In this document: positions 17,189 to 26,945 of the stretch, one piece after another
How positions within the stretch are numbered: the first letter of the stretch is position 1
Layout: the number at the start of each line of letters is the position of its first letter
Source of the DNA: Gemmatimonadaceae bacterium
Lineage (GTDB): Bacteria > Gemmatimonadota > Gemmatimonadetes > Gemmatimonadales > Gemmatimonadaceae
Reading direction: 5' to 3'
NCBI GenBank assembly: GCA_019637445.1
Contig: JAHBVS010000001.1
Location: 529,586 to 593,585, forward strand
DNA length: 64,000 bases
Notes under the pieces: generated by a model
Told to the model about the DNA's origin: nothing
Seen by the model: the letters and a program-made list of their open reading frames with translations, nothing else
The model's database searches: none
Translations under genes and position numbers: made by a program

Positions 17189-17848
17189 CTATCGCGCGCA
17201 GCTCACGGCTGCGAGGAGCACGCCGACGCCCGCGCCAATCGCCGCGCCACCGATCGCGCCGAGCTGTGCCCCTACAGCCGCGCCGCCGGCGGCGCCGGAT
17301 CCGTAGCACGCCACGCCAAGTAGCCGGCGCCACCGGGAGTCGAGGCCTTCGAGGGCCTCGACCTGGTCGCGCCGTGCGGCCGCGAGGTCCTCAACGGCCG
17401 TGAACGTCACCTCCACCCGCGCGGCAATCGCCTCGAGCGGCAGGATCCGCAGCTCGGCCGCGCGCCGTTCACCAAGCGAGAGCCAACGGTACCGCTCCGC
17501 CAGGGCGGCGAGTCGCTCGAGCTCCACGCGCGCGGTGGCCAGCTCGAGCAAGGAATCCGCAGCGGCCGCGCGCGCGCGCTGGATCCCCGCCTCGAGCGCG
17601 CGTCCGCCTGCATCCGCCGCGAGCTTCGCCTGCTCGTGTGCGACGGATCCGCGCTGCGCCGAGTCCTGCAGCTGCTGGATGACGGCACGCTCGTCAGCCA
17701 GCACGAGCTCGAGCGAGTCCGCGCGCGCGCCGGCCGCCGTCGCCTCCGCGCGCAGCCGGCTCCGATCGGGCAGCAGCCAACCGAGCACGAGCGCGGCCAC
17801 GAAGACCGCGCAGACAATCCAGAGCAGCCGCTCGAGGCGAGAGCTCAC
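17189..17848 (-). CDS. Rz/i-spanin-like protein
   Basis: N-terminal TM, long coiled coil, C-terminal glycine-zipper; last gene of late operon. Confidence 0.5.
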   Translation of the reverse strand: MSSRLERLLWIVCAVFVAALVLGWLLPDRSRLRAEATAAGARADSLELVLADERAVIQQLQDSAQRGSVAHEQAKLAADAGGRALEAGIQRARAAAADSLLELATARVELERLAALAERYRWLSLGERRAAELRILPLEAIAARVEVTFTAVEDLAAARRDQVEALEGLDSRWRRLLGVACYGSGAAGGAAVGAQLGAIGGAAIGAGVGVLLAAVSCAR

Positions 17849-18186
17849 GGCACCGGCGCGGTGGCAGGCGGATCCATCCGGATCGTGAGCCGCGGCCGGC
17901 CAGCACCGGGATAGGTGCGTTTGCCTCGGCCCGGGATGTCGACCTCGCACTCCACGTAGTACTCCTTGCCGACGACGCGCTCGCCGGGGAGCAGCGCGCG
18001 ACTCACGAGGCCGAGCTCCGCATCCTCCACGACTGTCACCCCCGCGTCGATGCGGGTGTTCGTCGCGATGTCCCGGAGGATGATCTTGCAGTTCCACCCC
18101 GTGAGGTTCTGGGGGTGGAGCGTGGTCCCGAGCTGCATCGTGATCGGGTCGGCCGTGTCGGTAGCGACAAAGAGGACATCCGGCAC
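17845..18186 (-). CDS. BppU N-terminal-like (Ig-fold) tail accessory protein
   Basis: NLTGWNCKIIL...DAELGLV...YYVECEV...TYP pattern. Confidence 0.6.
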   Translation of the reverse strand: MPDVLFVATDTADPITMQLGTTLHPQNLTGWNCKIILRDIATNTRIDAGVTVVEDAELGLVSRALLPGERVVGKEYYVECEVDIPGRGKRTYPGAGRPRLTIRMDPPATAPVP

Positions 18187-18189
18187 GGG

Positions 18190-18312
18190 TCACCTCACCA
18201 GGTGGGCCCGCGCCTCATCCTTCACGAGCGAGGCCTGCGCGGGCAGGGGAAGGGGCTCGGCCGGCGTCACGTCGACGCCGGCACCGAAGAGGAGCATCCA
18301 GAGCGTGAGCAT
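18190..18312 (-). CDS. 40-aa tail-region peptide (absent from ORF track)
   Basis: MLTLWMLLFGAGVDVTPAEPLPLPAQASLVKDEARAHLVR; ATG overlaps upstream TGA and fills the gap exactly. Confidence 0.55.
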   Translation of the reverse strand: MLTLWMLLFGAGVDVTPAEPLPLPAQASLVKDEARAHLVR

Positions 18313-19679
18313 CAGGGCGTGGGGAGGGAGGTGGCGATGGCCTGCAGGTTCTCGCGGGTCAGCTGCCGGGTCAGCGCGACGGTGGCGCCGTCGCCGTGGT
18401 AGACCGTGAGCACGCCGTCGACGATGCGAAGGTCCATGAGTCCGCCCGCGATCGCGTCCGCCACGCTGGGCGCGTCGTTGGAGCCACCCTGCTGATTGCG
18501 AGCGAGCAGGGCGTCGGCGTTCTGTACGGCGGTGGGGAGCGCGGCCACCGCCGCGGCCGTCGCGAGCGGGGCCACCGCCGCCGCGAGGTCCGCCGGCGTC
18601 GCCCCGTCGTAGGCGGTGATGAGGCTGGCCACGTCGCCGGGCGTCGCACGCGTGCTGACCGCGGCATCGAGAGCGGCCAGGCGCGTATCACCGAGCGCGG
18701 TGAGGCCTGCACCATCGACGCCCACCTGCGCCTGCAGGTCCTCGGTGTCCTCGCGGATCGCCGCGAGCTGCGTGGAGTTGGCGTCGATCTCCGCGCGGAT
18801 CGCCGCGGCACTCGGGGCGGATCCGCCGGTGGGCGCCTGCTCGAGCGCGTTCGCCGTGAGCCGGGAGACACCGCCGTCGTTCTCCACCAGCTCGTTGAGC
18901 AACGCGGTCCCGACGCCGGGCTTTGCCGCCGGGTCGTAGTCCGCCGCGAGCAGGTGGTCGAGGTGGATGTCGGCGAGTGCCGCGTCGGCCTGGCTCTTCA
19001 CCTGCGCGGGCGTCGCCGCGCCACCGGCGAGCGTGCCGATCGCGGCGAGCTGCGTGTCGAGGTTGGCAGCGCCCAGGCCGACCGCGCCGCGCACGTCCGC
19101 CGCGGAGAGGTCGGTGAACCCGGTGACGCCCGTGCCCTTCGCGAGCACGATGTTCGTGCCGGCCGTGAGCACGCGAGTGGCGTGCGACCAGATATCGGCG
19201 ATGAGCGTGCCGACCGTCGTGAGGCTGCGAGTTGCAACGGACCAAACGGCGTCGAAGGCACCTGCGGCGAACTTCGCGGCGGTCAGCGCGCCGTCGGCAA
19301 TGGCGGTCGCGGTGACAGCGTTCGCGGCCATGCTGACGACATTGGCGTCGACCGTTGCGGCGAACACGTCCGCGGGACCAATCTGCGCCTCGAGCTTCGT
19401 CAGCGCGCAGCCGGAAGGCTTGAGGTAGCCGCGCACGATGGCGCCGGCGGTCTGGTTCGCCTCGGCCTGCGTGAGCTCGACGTAGTACTCACCGTTCGTC
19501 CCGTTCACCTTCACGATGTCGTTCGTCGACGCGGCCGGGGTGCCGCCATCGACCGAGAGCGTGACCTTCACGCCTGTGACCGTGATGTCCTCTGGGGTCA
19601 CGAGGTCGGTGGCGTCGACCAGGGTGAAGGGGATTCGGCGGAGCGCCGCGGTGCTGGAGTTGCTCGGGATGATGCGCAT
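18312..19679 (-). CDS. Tail fibre / virion accessory protein (455 aa)
   Basis: Ala/Thr-rich repeats (ATAIADGALTAAKF) in the tail operon. Confidence 0.65.
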   Translation of the reverse strand: MRIIPSNSSTAALRRIPFTLVDATDLVTPEDITVTGVKVTLSVDGGTPAASTNDIVKVNGTNGEYYVELTQAEANQTAGAIVRGYLKPSGCALTKLEAQIGPADVFAATVDANVVSMAANAVTATAIADGALTAAKFAAGAFDAVWSVATRSLTTVGTLIADIWSHATRVLTAGTNIVLAKGTGVTGFTDLSAADVRGAVGLGAANLDTQLAAIGTLAGGAATPAQVKSQADAALADIHLDHLLAADYDPAAKPGVGTALLNELVENDGGVSRLTANALEQAPTGGSAPSAAAIRAEIDANSTQLAAIREDTEDLQAQVGVDGAGLTALGDTRLAALDAAVSTRATPGDVASLITAYDGATPADLAAAVAPLATAAAVAALPTAVQNADALLARNQQGGSNDAPSVADAIAGGLMDLRIVDGVLTVYHGDGATVALTRQLTRENLQAIATSLPTP

Positions 19680-19681
19680 GG

Positions 19682-20383
19682 TTAGGCCGCCGTGAGGAGA
19701 TGGAGTCTGCGATAGCGCCGCTTCGCGGCGGGGGACGGACCGGACGCAATCCCGTTGGCCGCGACGAGCCAGTTGCTGGCCCCGTCCGGCGTGGTCGTGA
19801 ACGACCACGAGGCGGTGACGGCACCCAGTTCGTGCTGATAGCCGGCGGCCGCGTATTGGTCCTGAAAGGAGGCGTGGACGTTGGCCAGCAACGTGTGCCC
19901 GGCGCCCGTGGCCGAGAAGGACTGCGTCGTGCTCGCGGTGAGGAGTGCACCAACGATGGAGACCAGCTCCTGATCAGCCGTGACACTCGCGCCGTATTCC
20001 GTGGACATGTCGGACTCGCGCACCGGAGTGCCCCACGGCGTTCCCGCGAGGTCCAGATCAGAGTACGGGATCGCGATGATGATGGTGTTCCGGTTCGCGT
20101 TCAGCGCGACCGACAGGTCCGCGGCACCAGCGTTCGCGTTGTCGAGGCGGTACACGCGTGTTGCCCACCCGGAGCCGTCGAACGATCCATTCGTGGCGAA
20201 GAGAGTCGGGGTCTGCCCGTCGCGCGAAATGGCGGTGACTTCTTCAGTCCCGGTCTTCCGAAACTGCACGAACGTGAGCAGGCCACGGTTGGCACCGCTG
20301 CAGGTGACGGAAAGCAGGTGCGGGGTGGTCGCACCTCCGTTGGTAGCCAATGAAGCAAGAGTCCCGCGAGTCGGGCGAGCCAT
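19682..20383 (-). CDS. Putative tail fibre / virion protein
   Basis: Beta-rich S/T/G composition, tail operon. Confidence 0.6.
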   Translation of the reverse strand: MARPTRGTLASLATNGGATTPHLLSVTCSGANRGLLTFVQFRKTGTEEVTAISRDGQTPTLFATNGSFDGSGWATRVYRLDNANAGAADLSVALNANRNTIIIAIPYSDLDLAGTPWGTPVRESDMSTEYGASVTADQELVSIVGALLTASTTQSFSATGAGHTLLANVHASFQDQYAAAGYQHELGAVTASWSFTTTPDGASNWLVAANGIASGPSPAAKRRYRRLHLLTAA

Positions 20384-20386
20384 GCG

Positions 20387-21217
20387 TTACCCCTCCCCGG
20401 AAACGGTGCCGTAGCGGCCGATGAACCCTTGGCCGTCGCAGATTGCGATACCGCCCTGGTAGCCCCAGTTCCCCGGCTCCGGGCCGTCATCGTTCGCCCC
20501 CGCGTTGAACCCGTCGAGGTTGGCGGCGTTGTTGAGCACGAGGTTGTTCGAGGCGCAGTAGGTGGCCAGCGAGACGGCCGAGCTGTTCGCGAAGTCGCTG
20601 TCGTCGGCGACCTGCACCTCGCTCGAGTTGAAGATCTGGACCGAGAACTTGAACGCCGCGGCGTCCACCGCATCGCGCGTCAGCAGGAACCCGAGCCGAT
20701 ATGTCGCGCCCTTGTCGAGCGTCGGGCCGATGAAGTTGTTGTTGGGAGAGGAGTCGCCGACGAACTGGACGCCGGAGCGGAACTGCCCGCCGCCGATGTC
20801 GTTGAAGACATTCCACGCCCAGTTGCTGCCGCTGATCGCGTTGCCGTCTTGGTTCGGGTGCGTGTTGGTGTCGCTCGTCCCGTCCGGCAGCACGAGGCGC
20901 TGATAGAGTCGGTAGGCGCGCGACTGGCCAAGGCCGGGGACGGCCATGCCCGTCTTCCGCAGGAAGTTGAACACGCCGTTGTCCCACGGGACCAGCAGGC
21001 ACTTCGCCATCCCGCTGGGCATGTCGAGGCCGGCCGCCGAGACGACGGCGACCCCCGCGCCGTCATTCCCGCCGACGACATTCCACTTGTTCCCATCGCT
21101 CTTGGACGCGTTCGACGAGCCGAGGGCCGCCCCCGCCCAGTCGGACTGAAAGACGGCCGTGAACTGCGGGACGACGAGGTCGCGGCGCCCGCGGCCCCGC
21201 AGCAGGTGGATGCTCAC
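20387..21217 (-). CDS. Putative receptor-binding / lectin-like virion protein
   Basis: N/G/W-rich beta-sandwich-like sequence, tail operon. Confidence 0.55.
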   Translation of the reverse strand: MSIHLLRGRGRRDLVVPQFTAVFQSDWAGAALGSSNASKSDGNKWNVVGGNDGAGVAVVSAAGLDMPSGMAKCLLVPWDNGVFNFLRKTGMAVPGLGQSRAYRLYQRLVLPDGTSDTNTHPNQDGNAISGSNWAWNVFNDIGGGQFRSGVQFVGDSSPNNNFIGPTLDKGATYRLGFLLTRDAVDAAAFKFSVQIFNSSEVQVADDSDFANSSAVSLATYCASNNLVLNNAANLDGFNAGANDDGPEPGNWGYQGGIAICDGQGFIGRYGTVSGEG

Positions 21218-21690
21218 ATCGCGCCCCAGCGGATGAAGCGGTCCTTGGCGGCGAACTGGCGCGTGCGCCGAAACACGCCCCAGCCCTCGCGGGAACCGCC
21301 GTCGTTGGTGTTGCCCTCGAGCGTCGTGCAGCGGCCATCCGCGTGCACCTCGAGCACGAGCCCGGTGTGCGCGTACCGCCCGAGCTTCTCGAACCAGATC
21401 AGGAAGACGTCGCCGCGCGCCGGCTTCTCATTGAGTACCTCTGCCTGCTCGGCCGCGCGGCCAAGCTCGGCACAGCTCGCCGTCAGCGGCAGCGGCCAGT
21501 CGGCACCGAAGGCGATCGCCCCGAGATCGGCAATCCAGGCCGCACACCATGGGTAGCCCTTGCCGAGCCCGGTGCGCTTCAGCACTCGCTCGACGTACGG
21601 CCCCGCGTTGCTGTTCGGCGGGTGCTCAGTCGCCCCTTCGCTGGCGAGCGCGACGGTCACCAAGGCGTCGACCTGGAGGCCGCGGCTCAT
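21214..21690 (-). CDS. CHAP-domain endolysin
   Basis: YPWCAAW, HTGLV, TLEGNT catalytic motifs. Confidence 0.9.
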   Translation of the reverse strand: MSRGLQVDALVTVALASEGATEHPPNSNAGPYVERVLKRTGLGKGYPWCAAWIADLGAIAFGADWPLPLTASCAELGRAAEQAEVLNEKPARGDVFLIWFEKLGRYAHTGLVLEVHADGRCTTLEGNTNDGGSREGWGVFRRTRQFAAKDRFIRWGAM

Positions 21691-22058
21691 GGTGCGGGCT
21701 CCATTCCTGCGCCTACATCGCGACGCTCGGAGACAGCCGTCGAAGCCGTGCGTACCGTGGTGTCGCTGGTCGCGTGCGCGAACGTCGCGCGGGCCAAGTA
21801 GTGCCGCCACATCGAGCGCCCGAAGGCGGCCGAGATGGCGATCACGGCGAGGGTGAGCTGCGTCCCTGTGATGGTCCAGCCGAGCGGCACGGACAGCACG
21901 CCCACCACCGCGTAGGAAAGCGCCATGATCTTCGTCAGCGAAGGCGAGCCGTCGCCGGTGCCGTCGTCCAAGTCGAATGACCAGACGAACTCCCGGATGG
22001 GCCGCCGCCACCACGGCCACGGCAGTTGCTGGCGCTTGGTCTCGCGCGACTGGCTCAT
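21687..22058 (-). CDS. Holin candidate
   Basis: Two hydrophobic segments, directly upstream of endolysin. Confidence 0.6.
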   Translation of the reverse strand: MSQSRETKRQQLPWPWWRRPIREFVWSFDLDDGTGDGSPSLTKIMALSYAVVGVLSVPLGWTITGTQLTLAVIAISAAFGRSMWRHYLARATFAHATSDTTVRTASTAVSERRDVGAGMEPAP

Positions 22059-22471
22059 TCGGACCGCCGCCGTTCGATCTTCATGCCCTCGCGCTCCGCA
22101 AGCCTCTCCAAGAACCGATCGTGGTCGATCAGCAGCTCCTTCGTCTGTCGCAGGTCGCCCTTCATCCCGTTCTTCCCATCCGCGCCGTGCACCTCCTGCT
22201 TCACGATGCGGACCTCCTCGCCGACGCCGTCGACCTTCCCGTCGAGCTCGGCGACGTCCTCGCGCACCGCCTTGAACTCGGCGGCGACGTTGGTGCGGAA
22301 CGTCCGGACGCTCGTCACGAGCTCGCGGAGGAAGAAGCTGGCCACACCCATGAGCGCGGTGGCGAGGCCCCCGGCCGCCCACTTCACGATCGTCGCGAAC
22401 TCGAGGTGGATTCCGGGCGCCGTCGCGGCGGCCGCCTGCAGCACGATTGCCAGCGTCATCGAGGGCTCCAT
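22055..22471 (-). CDS. Holin/antiholin-like TM plus coiled-coil protein
   Basis: TM AAGGLATALMGVASFFL then charged coiled coil; lysis cluster. Confidence 0.6.
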   Translation of the reverse strand: MEPSMTLAIVLQAAAATAPGIHLEFATIVKWAAGGLATALMGVASFFLRELVTSVRTFRTNVAAEFKAVREDVAELDGKVDGVGEEVRIVKQEVHGADGKNGMKGDLRQTKELLIDHDRFLERLAEREGMKIERRRSE

Positions 22472-25400
22472 TAGGTCGGCACGGCCGAGGTGAAGGTCGT
22501 GGACGCGACGGGCGTCGCGCCGTCGTACATCGTGATCGTGCACTGCAGCGCCGCGCCCGAGCCGAGCGCCATGACGATCTCCTGCGGCGAGCTGCTGAAG
22601 CCGGAGCCGCCACCAGTCTCGTCGGTGGTCGGCGCGCCGGCGGTCCGCACCAGCGCGATCGTGTAGGTGGCGCCGCCCGGAGCGTTGGCCACGGCCCAGC
22701 TCACCTCGACCGACCCGCCGCCGTCTCCTGGGGTGTCGCCGTCCGTGAAGCTCGCGGAGGTGAACCGGGGCTCGTCCGCCACGATCGCCCGCCGCACCGG
22801 GATGAGGACCGTCGCCTCCTTCTCGTCGAGCGCGAGCCCGGTGGCGCGGAACACGTAGCTCTTGTCCTTGCCGCCCGAGCTCGGCTCGCGCGTCACGGTG
22901 ATGGGCGACGAGGGCGGCGTGGCGAAGCCGCCGTCGTCGATCGCCATGACCACGCTGTCGGTCGCGCCGATCGACCACGAGATCTCGCCCTCGTCCTCGG
23001 TGAGGTTGAGGCGCACGCGCAGCATCACCGGCGCGATCGTCTTCACGGGCGGCCGCGAGACCTCCTCCGTGGGATCCGACGCCGGCGCCGTGAACCGACT
23101 GGCGAGCAGCCGCCCGACATCGGGCCGTACACGGTCCAGCACCACCTGCGGCGCGCGTGGATCCAGCACGTCCTCCGTGAGGCCCATCAGCCGCACGGTC
23201 TTCTGCAGGCCCAGCGCCGGCACGCGCAGGTCCACGTCGCGCCCAGGCACGAGCTCGAACGGCGCGTAGCGCACGCCGTCCAGGCGGTACAGGTCGAGCA
23301 GGCGCGCGTCGAAGCGCAGCAGTGGATAGGCGCGGTCCGCGAGCAGCTCCTGCGCCGCCTGCAGCATCGGCAGCGCGTCGGAGCCGAACACGTAGTGCAC
23401 GCCGCCGCCGGAGGCCTCCGGCAGGCCCTCGCGGTGCAGCAGCATCACGGCGTCGAGCACGACGCTGCACGCCGGGTTCGAGCCGCCGGCGGGCCGGGCG
23501 AGCACGAGCTGCAACTGCTCGTCGGCCAGGCCCTCGAGCGGCAGGTTCGTGGCGACGGCATCGTACCAAGTGTCGAGCGCCGCGCGCTGCGCATCGTCGA
23601 CCGCCGTCGTGGTATCCGGCGGATAGACGTGGATCGGCTCGCCGAGCACCGTGCGTGTCCCGGAGGCGTGCACCGCGACGATCGACACGTCGATCGGCAC
23701 GTTGCCCGTGAACAGCGGGAAGAGCAGCGCGAACGCCGCGGCGACCTGCATGAGGCCCGGCGCCGCGTGCACCGGCACGAGCGGCGAGCGGATCTCCGCC
23801 GAGGCGCCGGCGGCGAAGTCGAGGCGCCAGGCCTTGCCGCCGTGGCGCGTGAGCAGCGCATCGGTCACGCGCGCGCGCGTCACCGTGCCCACGATGCTCG
23901 TGATCGTCCAGCCGTCCGGCGGATCCCCGGAGGCGCCCGCCCATGCGGCAAGGCTGCCGTTCACCACGCGGTTGGTCGCGCCCGTGCAGGCGACCTGCAG
24001 CGGGTTCACGCGCCGGCGCGTGGCCGCGATCGCGACCGGGTGCGGCACCTCCACCAGCCGCACGCCCTGGTGGCGCTGGATCGGCTCGAGCACGTCGTCG
24101 GCGCCGGGCGTGCCGCCCGAGAAGGCGTCGACGGTGAGCGTGCCGTCCGTCGTGGCGCTGGCGACGATCCACATCGGATCGCCGGCAGGCCGATAGCAGC
24201 GCGCGGTGGTGATGCCGCTCGCGCTCGCCGTGAAGCTCGTGCCGCCGACGCGCGGCACCACGGTGGCCACGTTCGTGCCGCCGTTCCAGTCGGTGATCGT
24301 GCCGGGCACGAAGGCCGCGCCGTGCGGGCACCAGATCCAGTCGCCCGCCGCCGGCGTGGAGCTCGGCGCGCCCGCGAAGGTCCAGGTGCCGGCGACGTGG
24401 TCGAACGTGCCCGACGGCAGCGCGCAGACCAGCGTCGAGCGCTGCACCTCCCAGTCGCGGTACTGGTTGGTCGCGTGGACCGTTGCACCCCCGCCCTGCA
24501 GGTCCTCCGTCTCGATGCGCGGCGGGCCCGTGTCGGTGCCGGTCACGAGGAAGGGCGACCACACGGCGCGCGTGCCGAACGCCTGGCGCGTGCCCGCGTA
24601 GTCCTCCGACTGCCGCAGGCTCACACGCTCGCCGACGGCGAGGCCGGAGCTCAGGTCGGTGGTGGCCAACCGCACGCGCGCCGGGCTTGCCGAGCTGTCG
24701 GTGATCGCGAAGCTGCGGCCCGTGAGCTCGCGGAAGAGCCGCCGGCCGGTCCACTGGCCGTCGACCAGCACCGGCGTCGAGGCAGCACCGCCGATCGCGC
24801 CCAGCGTCACCCAGCCGGTGCCTCCGTCCACCGCGGTGACCTCGAGCTGCAGCTCCCGCAGGTCGACGCGGTCCGGCGTGAAGGGCACGATGACGTTCAC
24901 CTGCTCGGTGGCGTCGTCGTCCGCCGCGACGTCGATCGCCGCCGCGTCGGTGGTGGCGATGAGCGGAGCCAGGGATCCGGCCACGCGCTCGACGAGCGTG
25001 AGCTCGTAGCTCAGGTCATCGCCGGCGCGCACGAGCGCGAACTCGGACGCCACGCCGGCGGTGGCCAACGCGTCGACGAGCGCGCTGGCGATCGCGCGCG
25101 GCGCCACCGCGCCCTCGAGCGCGAAGGTCACCGGCGTGGTCGGCGTGACGGTCCCGACGTCGATCCAGGCGATGCCCGCCGCGGCGAGGCCTGCGGCGAC
25201 GTCGCCGAGGACATCCGCCGGCGTGCGGTCGGTGGCGGAGTATCCCCAGCGCGCGAGGCCGCCGCCGCTCACCTCGCGGTGCAGGTGCTGGTCGAGCAGG
25301 TCGTCCTCGATCGGGACGCACGCGAACTCGAGCACCGCGGCCGTCCGCTGCACCGGCCGCCGGCGCCGCAGCACGCGCCACTCCTCCCACGTGGTCGCGT

Positions 25401-25653
25401 AGGCATCGGGTCCGGTGGCCACGAAGCGCACGAGCCGGATGACGCTCTGCTGCGGCACGACGAGGGCGGCCGCGTGGTGGCTCGCCGGCAGCGTGAAGAT
25501 GAGCGACGACCGCCCCGACTCGAGGTAGCGGCTGCGCTCGAGGCGCGCCACGCCCCCGCCGCCGGCGCTCAGGAACGCCTGGCGCGCGCCGCCCGCCGGC
25601 GCGGGTGCGCTCCAGAGCTCAAGCCGATGCGCCGGCGATGGGACCGGCGGCAT
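22471..25653 (-). CDS. Large tail-tip / hub protein (~1060 aa)
   Basis: Downstream of Dit-like gene; ATG overlaps upstream TGA; C-terminal beta-rich FN3-like segments. Confidence 0.75.
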   Translation of the reverse strand: MPPVPSPAHRLELWSAPAPAGGARQAFLSAGGGGVARLERSRYLESGRSSLIFTLPASHHAAALVVPQQSVIRLVRFVATGPDAYATTWEEWRVLRRRRPVQRTAAVLEFACVPIEDDLLDQHLHREVSGGGLARWGYSATDRTPADVLGDVAAGLAAAGIAWIDVGTVTPTTPVTFALEGAVAPRAIASALVDALATAGVASEFALVRAGDDLSYELTLVERVAGSLAPLIATTDAAAIDVAADDDATEQVNVIVPFTPDRVDLRELQLEVTAVDGGTGWVTLGAIGGAASTPVLVDGQWTGRRLFRELTGRSFAITDSSASPARVRLATTDLSSGLAVGERVSLRQSEDYAGTRQAFGTRAVWSPFLVTGTDTGPPRIETEDLQGGGATVHATNQYRDWEVQRSTLVCALPSGTFDHVAGTWTFAGAPSSTPAAGDWIWCPHGAAFVPGTITDWNGGTNVATVVPRVGGTSFTASASGITTARCYRPAGDPMWIVASATTDGTLTVDAFSGGTPGADDVLEPIQRHQGVRLVEVPHPVAIAATRRRVNPLQVACTGATNRVVNGSLAAWAGASGDPPDGWTITSIVGTVTRARVTDALLTRHGGKAWRLDFAAGASAEIRSPLVPVHAAPGLMQVAAAFALLFPLFTGNVPIDVSIVAVHASGTRTVLGEPIHVYPPDTTTAVDDAQRAALDTWYDAVATNLPLEGLADEQLQLVLARPAGGSNPACSVVLDAVMLLHREGLPEASGGGVHYVFGSDALPMLQAAQELLADRAYPLLRFDARLLDLYRLDGVRYAPFELVPGRDVDLRVPALGLQKTVRLMGLTEDVLDPRAPQVVLDRVRPDVGRLLASRFTAPASDPTEEVSRPPVKTIAPVMLRVRLNLTEDEGEISWSIGATDSVVMAIDDGGFATPPSSPITVTREPSSGGKDKSYVFRATGLALDEKEATVLIPVRRAIVADEPRFTSASFTDGDTPGDGGGSVEVSWAVANAPGGATYTIALVRTAGAPTTDETGGGSGFSSSPQEIVMALGSGAALQCTITMYDGATPVASTTFTSAVPT

Positions 25654-26945
25654 CAGCCGACCCCCGCGAGCGATCGCAGGGCGTCCATGTCTCGTGCATC
25701 GAGCGCCACCAACAGCTGCATGACGGCGTTGGGCTCCTGCGGCGTGAAGCGCACGATGTTCGCCGGCCACGCTGTTGCGGGTCCACTTGTCGAGCTGGTT
25801 CCGGGAGTACTCGCCGCGCCATTGATGGAGAGCTCTGGCGTGAGACGCCACGTTGCAGCATCCACCACCGACAGCGCGCCCCGCGCTTCGTACACGTCGC
25901 GATAGGCGGGCACGCCGGATCCGACGAAGATCGCGGTGGCACCGTCGTCATAGTACGCCTGGAAACCCGCGGAGGCCGCGGCACCCTGGAAACCGATGCG
26001 GGGGTCGACGCCGAGGCTGCCCGAGCCGACGTTCAGGACGTTGCGCGAGGCGCCCGTGTCGACAAAGGCACCCACATTGCGGCCGCGCAGGTAGAGGGAC
26101 ATCGCCTGAGGCGGAACGGCGTAGGGAATCGTGAGCGCGTCAGCGGCGCGCGTCACGGTGGAACCCTCGGTTCGCATATACGAGGAGGGCGTCGCCGCGT
26201 CCTCAGCAGAGGTGCCCCAGACATAGAGCGAATCACCGGTGTCCGCGAGCGTCGGCGCGTCGACATAGAGCCGCGTCTCATTCGTGTTCGCTGCGATCAC
26301 GCCGGCAGCGGAGACGTGGCAGAAGTACCAGTCCTCCTCGAGGCGCTCTGAGACGAAGGCCTGCCCGGTTCCGGTAACAGTCGCCGGGACCGGGATTCCG
26401 CCAGTCCAAGTGAACAACACCTGATGCCGCGTCACGTTCGCCGTCGTGTCGCGCACCATGATGGTGAAGCGACCTGCAGTCCCCTTCCGTACGCAGTAGC
26501 CAGTGATCTTGATGCCGTCGCCGGTAAAGGCAACGGCCTGATACACGAAGCACGACGTCGCATCCAGTGTCGCCGTGATGAGGTCGCCGGTCAGCGTGCC
26601 GTCGGGAGCTCTAACCGCGTCCGCCGTGATGGTCGGCGAGCCGCTTTTGCTCCACGCGGCGTGGTCGATCGCCTCGCTGCGCCGCGTGAGATTCGTGCGC
26701 GCCGGCTCAAGCAGGAGCGCCACCTGCCCCCCGAGCACCGTGAAGGCGGGCATGCCCGACGCAACGCGCACGAGTCGACCGCGCTGGTCGCGAACCGTCT
26801 TCTGCGACGCGCGCGTGAACGTGCCGGCCACGCGCTTGCCGTAGCTCAGCGCGTAGAGCCCCGACTCGTCAAGGCACTCGCTCGCCCGGAAAAGCAGCGG
26901 CACCCGGGCGAGTCGCGCGCGTGGGCCCTGGAGGATGATGGTCAT
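25653..26945 (-). CDS. Minor tail / spike fibre protein
   Basis: FTRAS...LLLEPARTNL..S motif typical of phage fibre N-domains. Confidence 0.7.
   Translation of the reverse strand: MTIILQGPRARLARVPLLFRASECLDESGLYALSYGKRVAGTFTRASQKTVRDQRGRLVRVASGMPAFTVLGGQVALLLEPARTNLTRRSEAIDHAAWSKSGSPTITADAVRAPDGTLTGDLITATLDATSCFVYQAVAFTGDGIKITGYCVRKGTAGRFTIMVRDTTANVTRHQVLFTWTGGIPVPATVTGTGQAFVSERLEEDWYFCHVSAAGVIAANTNETRLYVDAPTLADTGDSLYVWGTSAEDAATPSSYMRTEGSTVTRAADALTIPYAVPPQAMSLYLRGRNVGAFVDTGASRNVLNVGSGSLGVDPRIGFQGAAASAGFQAYYDDGATAIFVGSGVPAYRDVYEARGALSVVDAATWRLTPELSINGAASTPGTSSTSGPATAWPANIVRFTPQEPNAVMQLLVALDARDMDALRSLAGVG

Noticed and set aside
17189-17848. Nested o-spanin (ORF 17407..17817)
   Set aside because: No hydrophobic signal peptide or convincing lipobox
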